A program made the translations under genes and the position numbers. From contig JAKSOL010000001.1 in NCBI GenBank assembly GCA_024405635.1, positions 1 through 64,000 on the forward strand: a stretch of DNA of 64,000 nucleotides, written 5' to 3'. The stretch's first letter is position 1. The number at the start of each line of letters is the position of its first letter. Source of the stretch: Salinivirgaceae bacterium (GTDB lineage: Bacteria; Bacteroidota; Bacteroidia; Bacteroidales; SZUA-534). A model generated the notes under the pieces. It ran no database searches. It saw nothing but the letters and a program-made list of their open reading frames with translations, and was not told the origin of the DNA. Of this stretch, positions 49,011 to 59,721 are shown piece after piece.

Positions 49011-50990
49011 ATGAAATTATCAGTAATAATCGTTAATTATAATGTGAAGTATTTTTTGGAGCAGTGCCTTCATTCGGTTTTTGCTGCTTCAAAAAACATT
49101 GAAACCGAAGTGTTTGTGGTTGACAATAATTCGGTAGATGGTTCATGTGCAATGGTTGCTGAAAAATTTCCGCAAGTACATCTTATTGAAAATAAGAAGA
49201 ATACAGGTTTTGCGGTTGCGAATAATCAGGCAATTAGAATCTCTACTGGTCAATATGTTTTGCTGCTCAATCCCGATACAATTGTTGAGGAAGATACGTT
49301 TGAGAAAGTCGTTTCTTTTATGGATTCGCATGTCGATGCTGGAGGCTTGGGCGTAAAAATGATTGACGGCAAGGGCAATTATCTGCCTGAGAGCAAGCGC
49401 GGTTTTCCTTCGCCGATGGTGGCATTTTATAAAATGTTTGGTTTGTCGCGATTATTCCCACATTCGCGCAAATTCAACCAATACTATATGGGGCATTTAA
49501 GTGCCGACAAAATAGCAGAGGTTGATGTGCTTGCAGGAGCATTTATGTTGATGCGGCGCGAAACACTTGACAAGGTAGGTTTGCTTGATGAAGATTATTT
49601 TATGTATGGCGAAGACATTGATTTGTCGTATCGTATAATAAAAGGTGGGTACAAAAACTATTATTATCCAGAAACAACCATTATTCACTATAAAGGCGAG
49701 AGTACAAAGAAGGGCAGTGTGAATTATGTGCGAATGTTTTATAATGCCATGATAATATTTGCCCGCAAGCATTTGAGCAAAAAAAATGCAAGTGTTTTTT
49801 CTCTTGCAATAAACATGGCCATATATTTCCGTGGAGCGTTGGCTTTGGTTGGCCGATTTTTGAGCAAGGCTATTGTGCCGTTTGTTGATGCATTGCTAAT
49901 GTATTTGTGCTTATTGTTTTTGGCAATTCGCTGGCCTGTGGCGGCATTTGGTGTTGCTGATTATTTCCCCGATAACTATTATACAGTTGCCTTACCTATA
50001 TATATATTGGTATGGATAGTGTCGGTTTTTTATGCGGGCGGATACGAGTCAAAAGCGAGCCCCATGTCGATTGTAAAAGGAATAGGAGCAGGTGCGCTTG
50101 TTATTTTGGTAGCATATGCGCTATTGCCTGAAGATTTGCGTTTTTCGCGAGCAATAATCATTTTTGGAACAATAGCCAATATGTTCATTGTTAACATTTA
50201 TAGGTTAATGATGCATTGCTTTGTGCCTAATTTGTTTTGTTTCAACTCAAGTAAAAAGACCAATATAGCGGTGGTAGGTTCCCAATCTGAGGCCGATAGA
50301 GTAATTGGAATTTTGAACCAATCGTCGCTGAAATACAATTACGTTGGATTGGTTGATTTACAATCGCAAATGCATGAACGAAAGGCAATTGGCACTATTG
50401 ATCAAATAGCTGATATTGTGAAAGTGAACAAAATTGACGAATTGATCTTTTGTTCAAAAGATATGACAACACAACAGATAATAGGTCTTATGCTTTCACT
50501 CGATAGCAACGAGGTTCATTTTAAAATAGCACCACCAGAAAGCCTTTCAATTATAGGAAGTAATTCGATAGATACGGCTGGCGATCTTTATACGGTTGAT
50601 TTTAACACAATAATAAAACCTCAAAATCGACGCAATAAGCGAACACTAGATGTTATTGTTGCAATACTCTTGCTAGTTTTTTCGCCTTTAATAATATGGT
50701 TTACTAAGCCGGCTAAACAATTGTATATTAATATATTAAATGTGTTTTTGGGAGCAAAAACATGGGTGGGGTTTGACAATAATTGCCCACCGAATCCCTA
50801 TCTTCCAAAACTTAAAAAAGGAGTAATTAGTCAATGCATGGTACAAATTGGCAAAAATGCGACCAACGAACAACGCGAAAAGATAAATTTGTTGTATGCC
50901 AAAGATTACCAAATACAAACCGATATCTATTTGATATTTAAGGGATTTAGATTGTTGGCAACCAGTGAAATAATAAACAAAACTAAATAA
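49011..50990 (+). CDS. GT2 glycosyltransferase fused to TM and WcaJ-like (CoA_binding_3) regions
   Basis: SVIIVNYN, VDNNSVDGS, LLNPDT, YGEDIDL; four TMs, Rossmann-like IAVVG, degenerate KR.LD sugar-transferase tail. Confidence 0.88.
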   Translation: MKLSVIIVNYNVKYFLEQCLHSVFAASKNIETEVFVVDNNSVDGSCAMVAEKFPQVHLIENKKNTGFAVANNQAIRISTGQYVLLLNPDTIVEEDTFEKVVSFMDSHVDAGGLGVKMIDGKGNYLPESKRGFPSPMVAFYKMFGLSRLFPHSRKFNQYYMGHLSADKIAEVDVLAGAFMLMRRETLDKVGLLDEDYFMYGEDIDLSYRIIKGGYKNYYYPETTIIHYKGESTKKGSVNYVRMFYNAMIIFARKHLSKKNASVFSLAINMAIYFRGALALVGRFLSKAIVPFVDALLMYLCLLFLAIRWPVAAFGVADYFPDNYYTVALPIYILVWIVSVFYAGGYESKASPMSIVKGIGAGALVILVAYALLPEDLRFSRAIIIFGTIANMFIVNIYRLMMHCFVPNLFCFNSSKKTNIAVVGSQSEADRVIGILNQSSLKYNYVGLVDLQSQMHERKAIGTIDQIADIVKVNKIDELIFCSKDMTTQQIIGLMLSLDSNEVHFKIAPPESLSIIGSNSIDTAGDLYTVDFNTIIKPQNRRNKRTLDVIVAILLLVFSPLIIWFTKPAKQLYINILNVFLGAKTWVGFDNNCPPNPYLPKLKKGVISQCMVQIGKNATNEQREKINLLYAKDYQIQTDIYLIFKGFRLLATSEIINKTK

Positions 50991-50991
50991 T

Positions 50992-51870
50992 ATGCTACTA
51001 TCGATGACAGGCTTTGGAAAAGCCGTATGTGAATTAGAAAATAAAAATCTTGTAATTGAAATCAAGAGTTTGAATAGTAAACAATTGGATTTGAATTGCC
51101 GCATGCCGTCGTTTTATCGTGAAAAAGAATTTGAAGTTCGCAACATGGTGAACAACAGTATGATACGCGGAAAGGTTGATTTTGTGATGTACTCAGAAAT
51201 GAGCAACTTAGAAACTGTTTCAACTATAAACGCGGAAACCGTTAAAGTTTACTATGAGCAACTTGTTTCGGTGTCGCAACAATTAGGAGTTGATAGTTCA
51301 AGTGCTCAAATGTTTGAAATGGCCATGCGTATGCCCGACGTATTGAAAACTGAGCACGAAGATTTAACCGAGGATGAATGGAGCATTGTTGCAAAATCAG
51401 TTCAACAAGCAATAGATGCGTTAGTTGCATTCCGCACACAAGAAGGTGCAGCATTGGAAAAAGATTTAACAAAACGCATTAACTTGATACAGAGTTTACT
51501 AGCAAAAGTTCCAGAGTACGAACGTCCTCGCATCGACCGCATAAAAGAGCGAATTAAAGGCGACATTGCAGAGTTGGTAGGTTTAGAAAATCTTGATAAA
51601 AATCGACTTGAGCAAGAACTGATTTTCTATATTGAAAAACTTGATATTACTGAAGAAAAAGTACGTTTGGCGAATCACTGCGATTACTTCTTGAAAACTA
51701 TGCAGCAAGGTGGTCCTGTTGGACGTCAATTGGGTTTTGTTGCTCAAGAAATTGGACGCGAAATAAACACCTTGGGTTCAAAAGCTAACGACTCCGATTT
51801 GCAAATAATTGTTGTAGCAATGAAAGATGAGTTGGAGAAAATTAAAGAGCAGATTCTTAACGTGTTGTAA
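50992..51870 (+). CDS. yicC: YicC/YloC family endoribonuclease
   Basis: SMTGFG, RGKVD, KLDITEE, QEIGREINTLGSKAN. Confidence 0.93.
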   Translation: MLLSMTGFGKAVCELENKNLVIEIKSLNSKQLDLNCRMPSFYREKEFEVRNMVNNSMIRGKVDFVMYSEMSNLETVSTINAETVKVYYEQLVSVSQQLGVDSSSAQMFEMAMRMPDVLKTEHEDLTEDEWSIVAKSVQQAIDALVAFRTQEGAALEKDLTKRINLIQSLLAKVPEYERPRIDRIKERIKGDIAELVGLENLDKNRLEQELIFYIEKLDITEEKVRLANHCDYFLKTMQQGGPVGRQLGFVAQEIGREINTLGSKANDSDLQIIVVAMKDELEKIKEQILNVL

Positions 51871-51888
51871 ATAATTTTGCGATTAATT

Positions 51889-52452
51889 ATGAATAAAAAA
51901 GTTGTAATATTTTCTGCTCCATCAGGTTCTGGAAAAACAACAATAGTAAAGTATTTGTTGTCGAAAGGTTTGAATATGGAGTTCTCAATTTCGGCAACAA
52001 GCCGACCATTGCGCGGACAAGAGCAACATGGTAAGGATTATTATTTTATGAGCGCAGAAGAATTTCGCAAACATATTGATAACGACGATTTTGTTGAATG
52101 GGAAGAAGTGTATGCCGGTCGTTATTATGGAACGTTGAAATCGGAATTGGAGCGCATTTGGGGTAAAGGCAACTTTGTTCTTTTTGATGTTGATGTAAAA
52201 GGAGGAGTAAACATAAAGCGCATTTTTGGCGACAACGCACTATCGGTGTTTGTTATGCCTCCGTCAATCGACGAGTTGCGTAAACGTTTGGTTGGGCGAG
52301 CAACAGACTCGGCTGAAGATATTGAAAAACGCTTGGCAAAGGCTGCTGAAGAAATAACATACGCACCGCAGTTTGATGTTACAGTTGTAAACGACAACCT
52401 TGACGAAGCATGTCAAAAAGCTTTTGATGTAATATCTAACTTTTTGAAATAA
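51889..52452 (+). CDS. gmk: Guanylate kinase
   Basis: APSGSGKTT, SATSR, YYGT, DVDVKG. Confidence 0.96.
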   Translation: MNKKVVIFSAPSGSGKTTIVKYLLSKGLNMEFSISATSRPLRGQEQHGKDYYFMSAEEFRKHIDNDDFVEWEEVYAGRYYGTLKSELERIWGKGNFVLFDVDVKGGVNIKRIFGDNALSVFVMPPSIDELRKRLVGRATDSAEDIEKRLAKAAEEITYAPQFDVTVVNDNLDEACQKAFDVISNFLK

Positions 52453-52454
52453 AG

Positions 52455-53033
52455 ATGCTTACAGGCCTTTATTTTGGATCTTTTAATCCCATACACATTG
52501 GACATTTGGCGTTGGCAAACTATATAACAGCCTACACCGATGTTGACGAAGTATGGTTTGTAGTGAGTCCGCAAAACCCATTTAAGCAGCGCGAACAATT
52601 GCTTGATGACCAGCAACGTTTGCATTTGGTGAACATTGCTTTGCGAGATTTTCCAAAGTTTCGCTCATCAAACATTGAGTTCTCGATGCCAAAACCTTCG
52701 TACACCATTGATACACTGGCATACCTGCGTGAAAAATTCCCAACACATGATTTTACTTTAATTATGGGTGAAGATAATCTTGTCAATTTTCACAAATGGA
52801 AAAATGCTGATTTGATTTTGAAAGATTATTCTTTGACTGTTTATCCGCGTCCAAATTGTACAAAAACCGAAATGCACAATCATCCAAAAGTAAAATTGAT
52901 TGATGCTCCAAAAATTGAAATATCATCGAGTTTTATTCGTCAAAGCATAGCAGAAGGACGCAATGTGCAATTCTTTGTACCAGAGGCAGTTTGGAAATAT
53001 ATCGATGAGATGAATTTTTATAAGAAACGTTGA
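52455..53033 (+). CDS. nadD: Nicotinate-nucleotide adenylyltransferase
   Basis: GSFNPIHIGH, SYTIDTL, ISSSFIR. Confidence 0.96.
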   Translation: MLTGLYFGSFNPIHIGHLALANYITAYTDVDEVWFVVSPQNPFKQREQLLDDQQRLHLVNIALRDFPKFRSSNIEFSMPKPSYTIDTLAYLREKFPTHDFTLIMGEDNLVNFHKWKNADLILKDYSLTVYPRPNCTKTEMHNHPKVKLIDAPKIEISSSFIRQSIAEGRNVQFFVPEAVWKYIDEMNFYKKR

Positions 53034-54040
53034 ATATGAAAAAGGCTTGGATACTTTCAATATTTCTGTTTTTACTAGTTTGTGGATGCTCAAAAAATCG
53101 TTGGGATATAAAAATCGATGTCAATAACGAGTTGGAAATCAATCGTTTTGAACAAGATTTGTTTTCGGTTAATCCCGATAGCGTATGGCAGTCGGTTCCA
53201 AAGCTTGAGCAAAAATATGGAGCATTTTTCGACCTTTTTAACGAGCAAATTATACGCATCGGTGGTACAAACCAAATGGATTATGATAGCCGTCTATCTG
53301 GTTTTTTGACCGATATGGATATCACTGGAATGTTAGCTGAAGTTAACCGAGTGTTTGGTACAGGCAAACTGCCATTTTCTAATGAATTAACTGAAGCTTG
53401 GTCTCGTTTTAATTTCTATTTTCCTGAGATACAGGCTCCTAATGTGCAAACACATCTTTCAGGGCTTAATCAAAGTATGGTTGTCGATTCGGGATTAATA
53501 AGTGTTAGTCTTGACAAATATTTGGGAGCTAACAACAAATATTACCAAATGTTGCGGTTGCCCCAATATCAGCAAAAGAATATGCATCCGCAAAAAATAG
53601 CAACCGATGTGGTGTTGGCGCTTGGCACATCAGAGTTTGAGTTTAACCCAATAACCGACAATATGTTGTCTAATATGCTGTATTACGGTAAATTACACGT
53701 ACTTATTGATGCGTTGTTGCCTAATGTTGACGAAACTTTAAAGTGGGGTTATACCGAACAACAACTTGAGTGGTGTCGTAAAAACGAGCAATCGATGTGG
53801 TTATCAATTGTTGACAAAAAGGCATTGTTTAGCACTTCGGGGCGAGAAATAAGTCGAATGGTAGGCGAAGGTCCGTTTACAGCATCGTTTTCGCAAAAAT
53901 CGCCAGGTGGAGTTGGTCAATGGATTGGCTATCAGATAGTAATGTCATATCTCGATCATAATTCGCAAGTTACACTTCAGCAACTGATGCGCGAAAACGA
54001 TTATCAAAAAATTTTGAACGAGTCGCATTATAGACCATAA
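53030..54040 (+). CDS. gldB: GldB-like lipoprotein
   Basis: Lipobox VCGC, RFEQDLF, SLDKYLG, YYGK, SPG.VG.WIG.QIV.SY. Confidence 0.8.
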   Translation: MNMKKAWILSIFLFLLVCGCSKNRWDIKIDVNNELEINRFEQDLFSVNPDSVWQSVPKLEQKYGAFFDLFNEQIIRIGGTNQMDYDSRLSGFLTDMDITGMLAEVNRVFGTGKLPFSNELTEAWSRFNFYFPEIQAPNVQTHLSGLNQSMVVDSGLISVSLDKYLGANNKYYQMLRLPQYQQKNMHPQKIATDVVLALGTSEFEFNPITDNMLSNMLYYGKLHVLIDALLPNVDETLKWGYTEQQLEWCRKNEQSMWLSIVDKKALFSTSGREISRMVGEGPFTASFSQKSPGGVGQWIGYQIVMSYLDHNSQVTLQQLMRENDYQKILNESHYRP

Positions 54041-54141
54041 AAATTGGGTGGTAAAGCGATTGTGTAAACTCAAAATATAGGTGTAAATACGTATTTGCTT
54101 TTGCATAGCAGTTGGCATTTTTGCGCTAAATACGTATAAAT

Positions 54142-55437
54142 ATGAGCGAAACATTCAAACCTACTGAGTATAAATTAGTTAACGTGGCCGATGGTCGCGA
54201 ATTAGAAGATACAGGCTGGACATTAGCCGATCCACAATCGGAAAAACCTTCGTTGGTTAGAGCCGTTTATGCAAACAAAAAGTTTGAGCCACGTGAAGAT
54301 CTTGACGGTTTTTATCGTTATGCCAATTGGTTGCCAATAAAACGTACTCTTAGCAACTCGCATGCTCCTGTTACTTTTAAGAGCGAAGGCTTAGCTAAAT
54401 ATTTAGGCTTGAATAACTTGTATATCACATTTTCGGGTTATTTTCCAAAACGAGGAGCTTTGCTCGAAACATGCTCATTTAAAGAAACTGAAGCTTATTC
54501 GGTTTGTGCGCGTTTGCCAAAAGACAACAACAAAATTCTAGTTGTAGCATCGGCAGGAAACACAGCCCGCGCTTTTGCCAAAGTTTGTTCCGACAACAAC
54601 ATTCCATTATTGCTTTCGGTTCCAGAAGACAACATGTCGGCACTTTGGTTCAAAAAACCACTCAACGATTGTGTTAAGATAATAGCAGCGCCAAAGGGCT
54701 CTGATTATTTTGATGCTATAGCGCTAGGCGATGCGGCTTGCAAGTCGCCAATGTTTATGGCTGAGGGCGGTGCAAAAAATATAGCTCGTCGCGACGGAAT
54801 GGGAACAACTTTGTTGTCGGCTGTTGAAAAAATTGGTCGTATTCCTGATGCATATTTCCAAGCCGTAGGTTCAGGTACAGGCGCAATTGCTGCTTGGGAA
54901 AACAGCCTACGTTTAATAGAAGATGGTCGATTTGGAAGCAAAAAGATGAAACTATTTCCATCACAAAACGATCCATTTACCATTATGTACGATTCGTGGA
55001 AACTAAATCAACGTCAATTGGTTGATTTGTCGCCAGAGGATGCTCGCTCACAAGCAGCAATAATTCACGCAAAAGTATTGTCAAACCGCAAACCTCCATA
55101 TTCGTTGGCCGGTGGTTTGTTTGATGCAATTAAAGATGCTGGTGGCGATATGTATAAAATTAGCAATTCCGAAATTGAAAAATGGCAAGCAATCTTCAAA
55201 AAAGAAGAAGGAATTGACATTTATTCGGCCGCAGCAGTAGCCACAGCAAGTTTGCAGCATGCTATTGAAGACAAAGCAATTAGTGCCGACGATGTGGTTA
55301 TGCTAAACATTACAGGTGGCGGCGAAGAATTAGCAAAATCAGAAGGCAATGTTATTTATGCAAAACCACATTTGGTTCTAGATCCATCGTTGCCAGAAAG
55401 CGAAATAATACAAAAAGTTGAAGCTCTTTTTAAATAG
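54142..55437 (+). CDS. Cysteate synthase (threonine synthase-like PLP enzyme, methanogen type)
   Basis: TCSFKETEA (PLP lysine), ASAGNTARAF, EGGAKNIARRDGMGT, QAVGSGTG, VLSNRKPPY, LNITGGG. Confidence 0.85.
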   Translation: MSETFKPTEYKLVNVADGRELEDTGWTLADPQSEKPSLVRAVYANKKFEPREDLDGFYRYANWLPIKRTLSNSHAPVTFKSEGLAKYLGLNNLYITFSGYFPKRGALLETCSFKETEAYSVCARLPKDNNKILVVASAGNTARAFAKVCSDNNIPLLLSVPEDNMSALWFKKPLNDCVKIIAAPKGSDYFDAIALGDAACKSPMFMAEGGAKNIARRDGMGTTLLSAVEKIGRIPDAYFQAVGSGTGAIAAWENSLRLIEDGRFGSKKMKLFPSQNDPFTIMYDSWKLNQRQLVDLSPEDARSQAAIIHAKVLSNRKPPYSLAGGLFDAIKDAGGDMYKISNSEIEKWQAIFKKEEGIDIYSAAAVATASLQHAIEDKAISADDVVMLNITGGGEELAKSEGNVIYAKPHLVLDPSLPESEIIQKVEALFK

Positions 55438-55458
55438 TAGATAATCAATGTTTTGATA

Positions 55459-55489
55459 AAAAGCCGTGCCTTAAAGCGCGGCTTTTTTT
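55459..55489 (+). terminator. Intrinsic terminator
   Basis: AAAAGCCGTGC...GCGCGGCTTTTTTT. Confidence 0.8.
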
Positions 55490-55788
55490 GTTTTGTTATG
55501 GTTTAAAAAAGATTTGAAATTTTAATTAGAACCGATTGCCCATCAAGCCTAATTTTTTTTTGATAAAGTTGACTTCCTAAAAAAGCCAAGGTCCTTTATA
55601 TGATGCGGTTTAGATGGTAATTTTAGGTTGTTGATTCTGTTTGATAAAAAAAGACGTTAACGTTAACGAATGGCGCAATAGCTTTTTATATTTGCGAATT
55701 AGCATACACATTTTATGTGGTATGATTTTTGAGAAAGATAAGAGATAAAACGAAACATCTAATAGTTTGAATTTTAAATATTTATAAA

Positions 55789-58700
55789 ATGGCAAAAGAG
55801 AAAAAATTCATCACATGTGATGGAAACCAAGCCGCAGCTCATGTGGCCTACATGTTCTCCGAGGTTGCAGCCATCTACCCAATTACTCCGTCATCAACCA
55901 TGGCAGAGTATGTTGACGAGTGGGCAGCACAAGGACGCAAGAATATTTTTGGTGAAACAGTGTTAGTGCAAGAAATGCAAAGCGAGGGTGGAGCAGCAGG
56001 AGCTGTTCACGGTTCATTGCAAGCAGGAGCTCTAACAACCACTTTCACAGCATCGCAAGGTTTGTTGCTGATGATTCCAAATATGTACAAAATTGCAGGT
56101 GAATTTTTGCCAAGCGTGTTCCATGTTTCAGCACGTACATTGGCTTCTCACTCGCTATGTATTTTTGGTGACCATCAAGACGTTATGGCTTGCCGTCAAA
56201 CCGGTTTTGCAATGTTGGCTGAGGGTTCAGTACAAGAGGTTATGGACCTTGCAGGTGTTGCTCACCTTTCAACCATCAAAAGCCGTGTGCCTTTCTTGAA
56301 CTTCTTTGATGGTTTCCGTACTTCACACGAGATTCAAAAGATTGAAATGCTTGAGAACGATGACCTAGCTGGTCTTATCGATCAAAAAGCATTGGCTGAA
56401 TTCCGTAGCCGTGCTCTTACTCCTGAGCATCCAGTTGCTCGTGGTATGGCAGAAAACCCTGATACATTCTTTACACATCGTGAGAGCTGCAACCCATATT
56501 ACGAAGCAGTTCCTGCAATTGTTGAGGAATACATGAACAAAGTGAGCGAAATAACAGGTCGTTCATATCATTTGTTCGATTATTATGGTGCTGCTGATGC
56601 AGAGCGTGTGATTGTAGCAATGGGTTCGGTAACCGAGTGCATTCGCGAAACAATTGACTATCTTGCTGCAAAAGGTGAGAAAGTTGGTTTGGTTGCAGTT
56701 CACTTGTATCGCCCATTCTCAGTTAAACACTTGTTGGCTGCAGTTCCAAAATCGTGCAAAGTTCTTACTGTACTTGACCGCACTAAAGAACCAGGAGCAA
56801 ATGGCGAACCATTATTGCTTGACGTTAAAGACGCATTTTATGGCGTTGAGGGCGCTCCAGTAATTGTTGGAGGTCGTTATGGTTTGGGTTCAAACGATAC
56901 CACACCTGCTCAAATTATTGCTGTTTACAAAAACATGGCTCTACCAACACCAAAAGATCACTTTACCGTTGGTATTGTTGACGATGTTACATTTACTAGC
57001 CTTCCAAAAGAAGAGGAAGTTGCAGTTGGTGGACAAGGCATGTTTGAGGGTAAATTCTATGGCTTGGGTGCTGATGGTACTGTTGGTGCAAACAAAAACT
57101 CAATCAAGATTATTGGTGAAACAACTGATAAACGTTGCCAAGCTTACTTCTCATACGACTCTAAAAAATCGGGAGGTTTCACTTGCTCGCACTTGCGTTT
57201 TGGCGACAGCCCAATCCGTTCAACATACTTGGTAAACACACCAAACTTTGTTGCATGCCACGTGCAAGCTTACTTGCACATGTACGACGTGACCAAAGGT
57301 TTGCAAAAGAATGGTTCGTTCTTGTTGAACACCATTTGGGACGGCGAAGAATTGGCAAATAACTTGCCAAACAAAGTGAAAGCTTACTTTGCTAAAAACA
57401 ACATTAAAGTTTACTATATCAACGCAACCAAAATTGCACAAGAGATTGGTCTAGGTAACCGTACCAACACTATTCTTCAATCGGCATTCTTCCGCATTAC
57501 TGGTGTTATTCCAGTTGAGAAAGCAGTTGAGGAGATGAAACACTTTATTGTAAAATCGTACGGCAAAAAAGGCGAAGACGTTGTAAACAAAAACTATGCA
57601 GCTGTTGACCGAGGTGGCGAGTACAAAGAGTTGGCAGTTGATCCAGCTTGGGCAAACTTGGCCGAGGACAAAAAAGCAGCAAACAACGATCCTGATTTCA
57701 TCAACAACGTAGTTCGTGTAATCAACGCACAAGATGGCGATACACTTCCAACTTCGGCATTTAAAGGCATTGAGGATGGTACATGGCCACAAGGTACTGC
57801 AGCATACGAAAAACGTGGTGTATCGGCATTCGTTCCACAATGGAATGCTGCAGATTGTACAGAGTGTAACCGTTGCGCATTTGTTTGTCCTCACGCTTGC
57901 ATCCGCCCATTGGTAATGGATGCTGAAGAGGCTAAAGGCATTAAAGGTGAGGTTCGCGAAATGAAAGCTCCAGCTACAATGAAGGGCATGATGTTCCGTA
58001 TGCAAGTTGGTGTAATGGACTGCTTGGGTTGCGGCAACTGTATTGATGTTTGCTTGGGCAACAACGAGGAGAAAGGCAAAAATGCTCTTAAAATGGTTCC
58101 ATTTGATCCAGAATCAGAGTCAGCTAAAGTTGAGGCTGCTAACTGGGAGTATGGCGTTAAGAACGTTACCAGCAAACAAGATTTGGTTGACATTACCGCA
58201 AACGCTAAAAACTCACAATTTGCACAACCATTGTTTGAGTTCTCGGGTGCATGCTCTGGTTGCGGTGAAACACCATACGTTAAACTTGTAAGCCAATTGT
58301 TTGGCGACCGCCAAATGGTTGCAAATGCTACAGGTTGCTCGTCAATCTATTCAGGTTCAATTCCTTCAACTCCTTACACAACCAACGCTAAAGGTCAAGG
58401 TCCAGCTTGGGCAAACTCATTGTTTGAGGACTTCTGCGAGTTTGGTCTTGGTATGGATTTGGCAAACGAGAAGATGCGCAAACGCATCGAGTCTTTGTTG
58501 AACAAAATGATTGAAAGCGACAAATCGTCAGAGGGTTACAAAGAGGCAGCAAAAGAGTGGATTGCAAACAAAGATACCGCGTCAGGTAGCCGCGCTGCAG
58601 CTGAAAAGTTGATTCCATTTATTAAAGAGAGTGCTGCAGCTGGTTGCCCAGTTTGCAAACAACTTGACGAAATGAGCCACTTCCTTGTAAAACGTTCGCA

Positions 58701-59349
58701 ATGGATTATTGGTGGTGACGGTGCTTCATACGATATCGGTTACGGAGGTCTTGACCATGTTATTGCATCTGGTCGCGACGTAAATATCTTGGTTCTTGAT
58801 ACCGAGGTTTACTCAAACACCGGTGGCCAATCGTCAAAAGCAACACCTCTTGGTGCTATTGCAAAATTTGCTGCATCGGGTAAACGTGTTCGCAAAAAAG
58901 ACCTTGGTATGATTGCTACAACTTATGGTTATGTTTATGTAGCTCAAGTTGCAATGGGCGCTGACCAAGCACAAACACTTAAAGCTTTGAAAGAGGCTGA
59001 AGCTTATCCAGGTCCTTCAATCGTTATTGCATACGCTCCATGTATCAACCACGGTTTGAAGAAAGGTATGGGTCACGCACAAGCTGAGGAAGCTGCAGCT
59101 GTAAAATGCGGTTACTGGCACTTGTGGCGCTTCAACCCAGCACTTGAGGCTGAAGGTAAAAACCCATTCACTCTTGACTCAAAAGAGCCAGATTGGAGCG
59201 GATTCCAAACATTCCTTGAGGGTGAGGTTCGCTTTGCATCAGTTAAGAAACAATTCCCAACTGAGGCAGCTGAACTTTACGCAGCATGCGAGGAAATGGC
59301 TAAAAAACGCTATCAATCGTACATTCGCATGACCAAGATGGAATACTAA
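55789..59349 (+). CDS. nifJ: Pyruvate:ferredoxin (flavodoxin) oxidoreductase
   Basis: YPITPSS, EMQSEGGAAG, two ferredoxin CxxCxxCxxxC motifs, GACSGCGE, GGDG TPP motif; strong codon bias. Confidence 0.97.
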   Translation: MAKEKKFITCDGNQAAAHVAYMFSEVAAIYPITPSSTMAEYVDEWAAQGRKNIFGETVLVQEMQSEGGAAGAVHGSLQAGALTTTFTASQGLLLMIPNMYKIAGEFLPSVFHVSARTLASHSLCIFGDHQDVMACRQTGFAMLAEGSVQEVMDLAGVAHLSTIKSRVPFLNFFDGFRTSHEIQKIEMLENDDLAGLIDQKALAEFRSRALTPEHPVARGMAENPDTFFTHRESCNPYYEAVPAIVEEYMNKVSEITGRSYHLFDYYGAADAERVIVAMGSVTECIRETIDYLAAKGEKVGLVAVHLYRPFSVKHLLAAVPKSCKVLTVLDRTKEPGANGEPLLLDVKDAFYGVEGAPVIVGGRYGLGSNDTTPAQIIAVYKNMALPTPKDHFTVGIVDDVTFTSLPKEEEVAVGGQGMFEGKFYGLGADGTVGANKNSIKIIGETTDKRCQAYFSYDSKKSGGFTCSHLRFGDSPIRSTYLVNTPNFVACHVQAYLHMYDVTKGLQKNGSFLLNTIWDGEELANNLPNKVKAYFAKNNIKVYYINATKIAQEIGLGNRTNTILQSAFFRITGVIPVEKAVEEMKHFIVKSYGKKGEDVVNKNYAAVDRGGEYKELAVDPAWANLAEDKKAANNDPDFINNVVRVINAQDGDTLPTSAFKGIEDGTWPQGTAAYEKRGVSAFVPQWNAADCTECNRCAFVCPHACIRPLVMDAEEAKGIKGEVREMKAPATMKGMMFRMQVGVMDCLGCGNCIDVCLGNNEEKGKNALKMVPFDPESESAKVEAANWEYGVKNVTSKQDLVDITANAKNSQFAQPLFEFSGACSGCGETPYVKLVSQLFGDRQMVANATGCSSIYSGSIPSTPYTTNAKGQGPAWANSLFEDFCEFGLGMDLANEKMRKRIESLLNKMIESDKSSEGYKEAAKEWIANKDTASGSRAAAEKLIPFIKESAAAGCPVCKQLDEMSHFLVKRSQWIIGGDGASYDIGYGGLDHVIASGRDVNILVLDTEVYSNTGGQSSKATPLGAIAKFAASGKRVRKKDLGMIATTYGYVYVAQVAMGADQAQTLKALKEAEAYPGPSIVIAYAPCINHGLKKGMGHAQAEEAAAVKCGYWHLWRFNPALEAEGKNPFTLDSKEPDWSGFQTFLEGEVRFASVKKQFPTEAAELYAACEEMAKKRYQSYIRMTKMEY

Positions 59350-59371
59350 TCCATCTTTGCCATAAAAATTG

Positions 59372-59409
59372 AACCGCCCTTGTGCCATTAGGTGCAAGGG
59401 CGGTTTTTT
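59372..59409 (+). terminator. Intrinsic terminator
   Basis: AACCGCCCTTGTGCC ATTA GGTGCAAGGGCGGTTTTTT. Confidence 0.88.
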
Positions 59410-59721
59410 AATGAAAATTGTAATATGGGCTAATTATTAAAAAGACATTATAGTATTTAATGCACATTTTAAAGTACGAGAGTGCTTGTTGTTTTTTTTA
59501 GATCATAGGATGTAATGCATGCCGTGATTGTGGTATATAATTTCATGAATATATTTTGGTTATGGCGTCAGATTCATTGAGTTTTTCAATTTCTTTTTGT
59601 CTTCATATAATATTATCATTTGCGTCAACTTGCAAAATGTACAGAAAATGCAAAAGTTAATTTTGTCAAATTTGTAGCACAGAAACGTATTCTTTGCCAA
59701 AAAAATCGTTTATTTGCCATA

